From: an uncultured Polaribacter sp.
GTDB taxonomy: Bacteria > Bacteroidota > Bacteroidia > Flavobacteriales > Flavobacteriaceae
Length of the DNA stretch: 55,785 bases
Direction of reading: 5' to 3'
NCBI GenBank assembly: GCA_913050305.1
Contig: CAJXAS010000001.1
Span: 1 to 55,785, forward strand
Both the position numbers and the translations under genes were made by a program. The stretch's first letter is position 1. Every line of letters begins with the position of its first letter. Shown in pieces: positions 50,311-55,785 of the stretch. The notes beneath the pieces were generated by a model. It had not been told where the DNA came from. It searched no databases and saw only the letters and a list, made by a program, of their open reading frames with translations.

Positions 50311-51969
50311 ATGTATCCAAAAAAAGAACTCGCACAAATTGTTATTTCAGCTTGCGCTCAATTTAATATTGAGACGGTTGTTATTTCTCCAGGTTCAAGA
50401 AACGCGCCACTTACTATAGGTTTCTCTAATCATCAAGAAATAGAGACATTAAGTATCGTAGATGAACGATGTGCTGCATTTTTTGCTTTAGGCATTGCGC
50501 AACAGACGCAAAAACCTGTGGCAGTTTTATGTACTTCAGGTTCTGCTTTGTTAAATTATTATCCGGCAGTAGCAGAAGCATTTTATAGCAATATTCCGTT
50601 AGTTATTATTTCTGCAGATAGGCCAAAACATTTAATTGATATTGGAGACGGACAAACTATTCGGCAAGAAAATGTATTTGCAAATCATATTTTATTTTCT
50701 GCAAATTTAATTGAAAACTCGAAATACAAAACTCGTAACTCTCAACTAATTGGCGAAGCTTTGCAAGTAGCTATATCGCAACAAGGCCCTGTGCATATAA
50801 ATGTTCCTTTTGATGAGCCTTTGTATGAAACAGTGTCAGTATTGAATGCATATAATTTTCCACATATCTCTTTAAGTTCTTTAGATAATTCTCATATCAA
50901 TTATAAGAAGCTATCGAAGTCATGGAATGTTGCCGAAAAGAAAATGATACTGGTAGGTGTAAATTATCCTGATGCAGATTTACATGTATTAATGGATTTA
51001 TATGCAGAAGATGATTCTGTTTTAATTTTAACAGAGACTACTTCTAATTTACGCCATGATAAAGCTATAGACTCTATTGATCAGTTAATTTTTTCTCTAT
51101 CAGATACTCAATTTCAAGATTTAAAACCAGATATTTTAATAACGTTTGGGGGTATGATTATCTCTAAAAGAATAAAGAAGTTTCTTAGAGATTACCAGCC
51201 AAAGGAGCATTGGAATATTGATGCTAGAAAAGCAACCAATACCTTTTTGTGTCTGTCTGAATTTATACAAATAAAACCGGTAGATTTCTTCTCTCATTTC
51301 AATGAGTTTATAAGACCTTTAAAAAGCGATTATCAGCCAAAATGGATTGCCTTTAGAGATGTAAGAAGAGAAAAGCATGCAGCTTATTTAAAAAATATAA
51401 AATACTCAGATTTTTCTGTTTTTGAACAAGTGTTGAATGCCATACCGGAGAGTTGTCAGTTGCAAATTAGTAACAGTTCTATTATTCGATATGCACAGTT
51501 ATTTTCGATGAAAGCTACTGTGAATATTTTTTGTAATAGAGGAACAAGCGGTATTGACGGAAGTACAAGTACAGCTATTGGAGCTGCATATGCTATTGAG
51601 CAACAAACTGTTTTTATTACAGGAGATTTAAGCTTTTTTTATGATGGTAACGGGTTATGGAATAGTAATATTCCTAAAAGCTTTAGAATTATTATAATTA
51701 ATAATTCTGGTGGCGGAATTTTCAGAATTATTCCAGGTCCAAAAGCTACAAATGCTGCACAATATTTTGAAACGCCACATTGCTTAACAGCAGAACATTT
51801 GTGTAAAATGCATCAGTTAGAATATCAAAAAGCGTATTCTACAGAAACGGTAACAAAAGAATTAAACAGATTTTTCGAAACATCTGACAAACCAAAAATA
51901 TTAGAGATTTTTACGCCAAGTGCAGAAAATGACCTAATTTTAAAAGATTATTTTAAATATATACAATAA
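50311..51969 (+). CDS. menD: SEPHCHC synthase
   Basis: SPGSRNAPL, DER.AAF.ALG, NRG.SGIDG, GDLSF, NN.GGGIF. Confidence 0.95.
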   Translation: MYPKKELAQIVISACAQFNIETVVISPGSRNAPLTIGFSNHQEIETLSIVDERCAAFFALGIAQQTQKPVAVLCTSGSALLNYYPAVAEAFYSNIPLVIISADRPKHLIDIGDGQTIRQENVFANHILFSANLIENSKYKTRNSQLIGEALQVAISQQGPVHINVPFDEPLYETVSVLNAYNFPHISLSSLDNSHINYKKLSKSWNVAEKKMILVGVNYPDADLHVLMDLYAEDDSVLILTETTSNLRHDKAIDSIDQLIFSLSDTQFQDLKPDILITFGGMIISKRIKKFLRDYQPKEHWNIDARKATNTFLCLSEFIQIKPVDFFSHFNEFIRPLKSDYQPKWIAFRDVRREKHAAYLKNIKYSDFSVFEQVLNAIPESCQLQISNSSIIRYAQLFSMKATVNIFCNRGTSGIDGSTSTAIGAAYAIEQQTVFITGDLSFFYDGNGLWNSNIPKSFRIIIINNSGGGIFRIIPGPKATNAAQYFETPHCLTAEHLCKMHQLEYQKAYSTETVTKELNRFFETSDKPKILEIFTPSAENDLILKDYFKYIQ

Positions 51970-52421
51970 TGGATTTACAAGAAGATTTACAAGAAGGAGA
52001 AATGAATTTGAAAGAAGGAGATAAAGTAAGCTTGGTAATTGAAACTGAAACCGGTTTAGGGTATACTGTTTTAATTAATGAAGAATTTGATGGTTTGCTT
52101 TTTAGAAGTGAAGTTTTTCAAGCTTTGGAAGAGAATATGGAAGTTACTGGGTATGTGAAAAATATTCGTGAAGATGGGAAAATCGATGTTTCTTTGAGGC
52201 CACAAGGTTTTAGAAATGTAATAGATTCTGATGTAGATAAAGTACTTACAAGATTAAAAGATAGTAAAGAAGGATTTATTTTAATTACTGATAAAAGTTC
52301 GCCAGATTCGATACGTTTTCATATGAAAATGAGTAAAAAAGCATTTAAAAAGGCAGTTGGTAATTTATATAAACAGAAACTAATTGTTATTGAAGAAGAT
52401 AGAATTTTGTTGGTGAAATAG
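51969..52421 (+). CDS. Short CvfB/YitL-like S1 + winged-helix protein
   Basis: GY...IREDGKIDVSL (S1), DKSSPD.I...MSKKAFKKAVG.LYK (winged helix). Confidence 0.8.
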   Translation: MDLQEDLQEGEMNLKEGDKVSLVIETETGLGYTVLINEEFDGLLFRSEVFQALEENMEVTGYVKNIREDGKIDVSLRPQGFRNVIDSDVDKVLTRLKDSKEGFILITDKSSPDSIRFHMKMSKKAFKKAVGNLYKQKLIVIEEDRILLVK

Positions 52422-52524
52422 GTGTCCAGTTGGCAGTTTCAGTAGGCAGTAAATATGTTTTTTAATTTAGAGTTTTTTTATTTTAAGGCTGAATATTTCT
52501 TAATTATTCATGTATGTTTTTTAA

Positions 52525-53685
52525 TTACTGATTACTCAATCTTAATATATTTTCATAAAAAGCGTCGGCATTTGGGTCTGATGCATCCATTTTTCCATAT
52601 CCAATTTTATAATATTTTATGGCTTTTTTTATATTTTTACCTTCTTCGTAATAACGTCCAATATAATAATCACCTAAAGGAGACGATGGGAATATTTTCA
52701 AAATCATTCTTCCAAAATTCAGCAATTGATCTCCGTTCTCTTTTTCGATAATTATCTTTTCTACAGTAAAAATATCTTGCTCTCTAATTCCTAAATCACT
52801 TCCAAATAAAAAATCAATTTCTAAATATTTATTTTCTAAATAAGTGATGGCATCCAAAGGAGAGAGGTCTTTTACATTTTTGTCAAATTCTTCTTTAGAG
52901 ATTGCAGAGTAAATTTCAAAAACTTTTGTGAGGGCTCTAGGAATGGCTTCAGCAATCGCAGAAGTGCTATTTTCTGTATTGAAAGTGTCATTAATAATAT
53001 TAAAATTATTAATCTCTACGCTAGAAAGACCTTGTTGTAATTGATTAATTAATGTTTGTTTTCTATTAGAAAAGATATTAGAATTATTAGTGTAAAAGTA
53101 AAAAGTGTTATCTTCCTTCTGAAATCTTGCTAATTTATAAGCTTGCATTTGGCTAGCTATAAAATCTGAAAAAGTAGGATTAATACAGATATAAGCATTA
53201 ATAATAGGTGTTTGTTCTCCTAAAAAGGCAGTTATTAAATTTGCAGAGGTTCCTTCACCAATCAAAGTTATAAAGGGTGAAGTATTATAAGAACTTTCTA
53301 TTTCAAAAATAACTTCATCTCTGATAAAATTATAAAAATTGGCGTTATTCTTAGTTAAGGTGCCATTATCCATATTAAAATAGGTGTCTTTTTTTCGGGT
53401 TTTAGCCATGTTAATCCCAATAATAATTTGTTTTGGCGCCTTATCTTTTGCGGCAAATAGCACTGCATTGCCCACATAAAGATCAAAAAGGTATTCAGCA
53501 TCGAAAATAATTGCAAGTGGATAGTTTTTTTCTTCATCCTTATCATAGCCTTCTGGAAGGTATATTTTTATTTCTCTACTGTAGCCTAAATAGTCTGAGT
53601 CAATTGATTTTTTTATAATTGTCTGCGAATATGAACTAAAGAAAAATAATAAAAATATTAATGGCAGGGATTTCTGAATCATCAT
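52525..53685 (-). CDS. Exported alpha/beta-hydrolase (putative esterase fold) with C-terminal TPR
   Basis: Signal peptide, IDS.YL...REI.IYLPEGY...YP....DA, TPR-like GRYYE...AIKYY. Confidence 0.75.
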   Translation of the reverse strand: MMIQKSLPLIFLLFFFSSYSQTIIKKSIDSDYLGYSREIKIYLPEGYDKDEEKNYPLAIIFDAEYLFDLYVGNAVLFAAKDKAPKQIIIGINMAKTRKKDTYFNMDNGTLTKNNANFYNFIRDEVIFEIESSYNTSPFITLIGEGTSANLITAFLGEQTPIINAYICINPTFSDFIASQMQAYKLARFQKEDNTFYFYTNNSNIFSNRKQTLINQLQQGLSSVEINNFNIINDTFNTENSTSAIAEAIPRALTKVFEIYSAISKEEFDKNVKDLSPLDAITYLENKYLEIDFLFGSDLGIREQDIFTVEKIIIEKENGDQLLNFGRMILKIFPSSPLGDYYIGRYYEEGKNIKKAIKYYKIGYGKMDASDPNADAFYENILRLSNQ

Positions 53686-53751
53686 TTAGAATGTTTATTT
53701 TTGTAAGTAAGAATGTTTTGTTCTCTTTTAGAACGTCTAAAATACAAAAAT

Positions 53752-54591
53752 ATGATACAACCCAAGTGGAAAACTGTAAAGGAGTATGAAGATATTACCT
53801 ATAAAAAGTGTAATGGAGTTGCAAGAATAGCGTTTAACAGACCCAATGTAAGGAATGCATTTAGACCCAAAACAACTAAAGAATTGTATGAGGCATTTTA
53901 TGATGCAGGTGAAGATGTAAATATTGGTGTTGTATTGCTTTCTGCGGAAGGACCGAGTTCTAAAGATGGTGTATATTCTTTCTGTTCTGGCGGTGATCAA
54001 AAAGCACGTGGACATCAAGGTTATGTTGGTGATGACGGCTATCATAGATTAAATATTTTAGAAGTACAGCGTTTAATTAGGTTCATGCCAAAAGCAGTGA
54101 TTGCTGTGGTACCTGGTTGGGCAGTAGGTGGTGGACATAGTTTACATGTTGTTTGCGATTTGACTTTGGCTTCTAAAGAGCATGCTATTTTTAAACAAAC
54201 AGATGCAGATGTAACTTCTTTTGACGGTGGTTACGGTTCTGCTTATTTAGCAAAAATGGTTGGTCAGAAAAGAGCAAGAGAAATTTTCTTTTTAGGAAGA
54301 AATTATTCTGCGCAAGAAGCGTATGATATGGGCATGGTAAATGCCGTAATTCCGCACGAAGAATTAGAAGATACAGCATTTGAATGGGCGCAAGAGATTT
54401 TAGAGAAATCTCCAACATCTATAAGAATGTTGAAATTTGCTATGAATTTAACAGATGACGGTATGGTCGGTCAGCAAGTTTTTGCAGGTGAAGCAACGCG
54501 CTTAGCATATATGACAGAGGAAGCAAAAGAAGGAAGAGATGCCTTTCTGGAGAAGAGAAAGCCTAATTTTCCTAAAAAATGGATACCATAG
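53752..54591 (+). CDS. menB: 1,4-dihydroxy-2-naphthoyl-CoA synthase
   Basis: RNAFRP, FCSGGDQ, GGGH.LH, SFDGGYG. ATG at 53752. Confidence 0.96.
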   Translation: MIQPKWKTVKEYEDITYKKCNGVARIAFNRPNVRNAFRPKTTKELYEAFYDAGEDVNIGVVLLSAEGPSSKDGVYSFCSGGDQKARGHQGYVGDDGYHRLNILEVQRLIRFMPKAVIAVVPGWAVGGGHSLHVVCDLTLASKEHAIFKQTDADVTSFDGGYGSAYLAKMVGQKRAREIFFLGRNYSAQEAYDMGMVNAVIPHEELEDTAFEWAQEILEKSPTSIRMLKFAMNLTDDGMVGQQVFAGEATRLAYMTEEAKEGRDAFLEKRKPNFPKKWIP

Positions 54592-54625
54592 TTATCTGAA
54601 AATCTAAAATTTATAATTAATTATA

Positions 54626-55495
54626 ATGAAATCACAGATAGTAACATTTCTTATAAAATGTCCAGATCAAAAAGGGTTGGTAGCTAAAATTACCACGTTT
54701 TTTTATGAAAAAGGATTCAATATTTTAAGTTGTCAGCAATATGCAAATGCTATTGAAGATACGTATTTCATGAGAATTAGATTAAATGCGGCAGGGACTA
54801 ATATTTCTAAAGAAGCATTAGAAAATAATTTTTTAGAATTGGCAGCGCCTTTAAAGTTAGATTGGTCTGTGAATTACGGTGATAAGAAACAAAACATGGC
54901 CATTATGGTTTCTCATACAAGTCATAACTTATATGATCTGTTAGAAAGACAAAAAGAAGGTTTGTTAGATTGTGACATTACAATGGTTATTAGCAATCAT
55001 GATAAATTAAGACACATTGCAGAAATGTTTAAGGTTCCGTTTTATTATCTTCCAGTAACAAAAGAAACCAAAATAGTGCAAGAAGCTCAGGTTATAGAGT
55101 TATTAGATGCTAATAAAGTAGATCTAGTAGTGATGGCTAGATATATGCAAATTTTATCTTCAGACTTTATCAATCATTACCCAGAGAGAATTATAAATAT
55201 TCACCATTCTTTTTTACCTGCTTTTCAAGGTGCAAACCCTTATAAGAAGGCTTATGATAGAGGTGTAAAGCTAATTGGTGCAACTGCGCACTATGCAACT
55301 GAAGATTTAGATGAAGGACCAATTATAGAGCAAGACGTAGAGCCTGTTACACATGAAAGTACTCCAACAACTTTAAAGAGAATTGGTGCAGACATCGAAA
55401 GGTTAGTTTTAGCTAGAGCAGTGAAAAACCATTTAAACAATCAAATTATAGTCTCGGGAAATCGGGCAATTGTTTTTCCAGAAGCTGGGGAGTAA
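54626..55495 (+). CDS. purU: Formyltetrahydrofolate deformylase
   Basis: ACT domain CPDQKGLVA, NIHHSFLPAF.GA.PY, GATAH, LDEGPIIEQ. Confidence 0.96.
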   Translation: MKSQIVTFLIKCPDQKGLVAKITTFFYEKGFNILSCQQYANAIEDTYFMRIRLNAAGTNISKEALENNFLELAAPLKLDWSVNYGDKKQNMAIMVSHTSHNLYDLLERQKEGLLDCDITMVISNHDKLRHIAEMFKVPFYYLPVTKETKIVQEAQVIELLDANKVDLVVMARYMQILSSDFINHYPERIINIHHSFLPAFQGANPYKKAYDRGVKLIGATAHYATEDLDEGPIIEQDVEPVTHESTPTTLKRIGADIERLVLARAVKNHLNNQIIVSGNRAIVFPEAGE

Positions 55496-55550
55496 ATTCG
55501 TTTTTAATTCTACTTATTTCTCTCAATTTTTTAATTTTCAATACATATAA

Positions 55551-55785
55551 ATGAAAATAATCTGTATTGGGCGCAATTACGCAAAACACATTGAAGAATT
55601 AGCTAATGAAAGACCAGAAAGTCCTGTTGTTTTTCTAAAGCCAGATTCTTCTATTTTACCAAGAAAAAACCCATTTTTTATTCCTCCTTTTTCAGATGAT
55701 GTGCATTATGAGGTTGAGGTTTTAATAAAAATAAATAAAGTAGGAAAGCATATTGATGCAAAGTTTGCACACAAATATTATGACG
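55551..55785 (+). CDS. Fumarylacetoacetate hydrolase family protein (partial, runs off the window)
   Basis: Not in ORF track. MKIICIGRNYAKHIEEL...PVVFLKPDS...VHYEVE. Confidence 0.9.
   Translation, partial: MKIICIGRNYAKHIEELANERPESPVVFLKPDSSILPRKNPFFIPPFSDDVHYEVEVLIKINKVGKHIDAKFAHKYYD

Noticed and set aside
52525-53685. menH call for the alpha/beta hydrolase between menD and menB
   Set aside because: Opposite strand, signal peptide, TPR tail and no GxSxG; MenH is a small cytoplasmic enzyme.
33079-54418. Remaining small overlapping ORFs (33079, 33395, 37954, 39828, 39926, 44149, 45468, 49328, 49371, 52455, 53355, 53737, 54191)
   Set aside because: Shadow or alternate-frame ORFs with no motifs; 49328 and 49371 span a promoter region.

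Overview
AT-rich chromosomal window from a Bacteroidota (Flavobacteriaceae, probably Polaribacter/Tenacibaculum-like; inferred from gene content, synteny and TAnnTTTG promoters). It is mostly core housekeeping genes: hup, fmt, recQ, a three-PPIase + MoxR operon, rsmD, yidC, pyrG, rpmH, carB, mazG, def, ruvX, dapD, cca, pyc, a phosphomutase, fsa, menD, menB and purU. Features missing from the ORF track are a partial dinB, rpmH, a partial FAH-family gene, tRNA-Met(CAT) and SRP RNA. I found no CRISPR array, integrase, transposase or prophage. The most interesting region is a surface-glycan locus: a GT2 gene, two divergent Stealth-family phosphotransferases and an LTA-synthase-like gene. There, the first Stealth gene is flanked by a 123-bp direct repeat of the GT2 3' end whose differences are mostly synonymous, which suggests a captured and possibly excisable cassette. 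Also notable are a divergent dinB / HTH-S24 repressor pair with an operator-like inverted repeat, tandem PPK2 genes, a KOW-Smr protein and an esterase-fold protein lacking its catalytic Ser. I cannot claim a definitely new system from sequence alone, and all family calls are by motif recognition without database searches.
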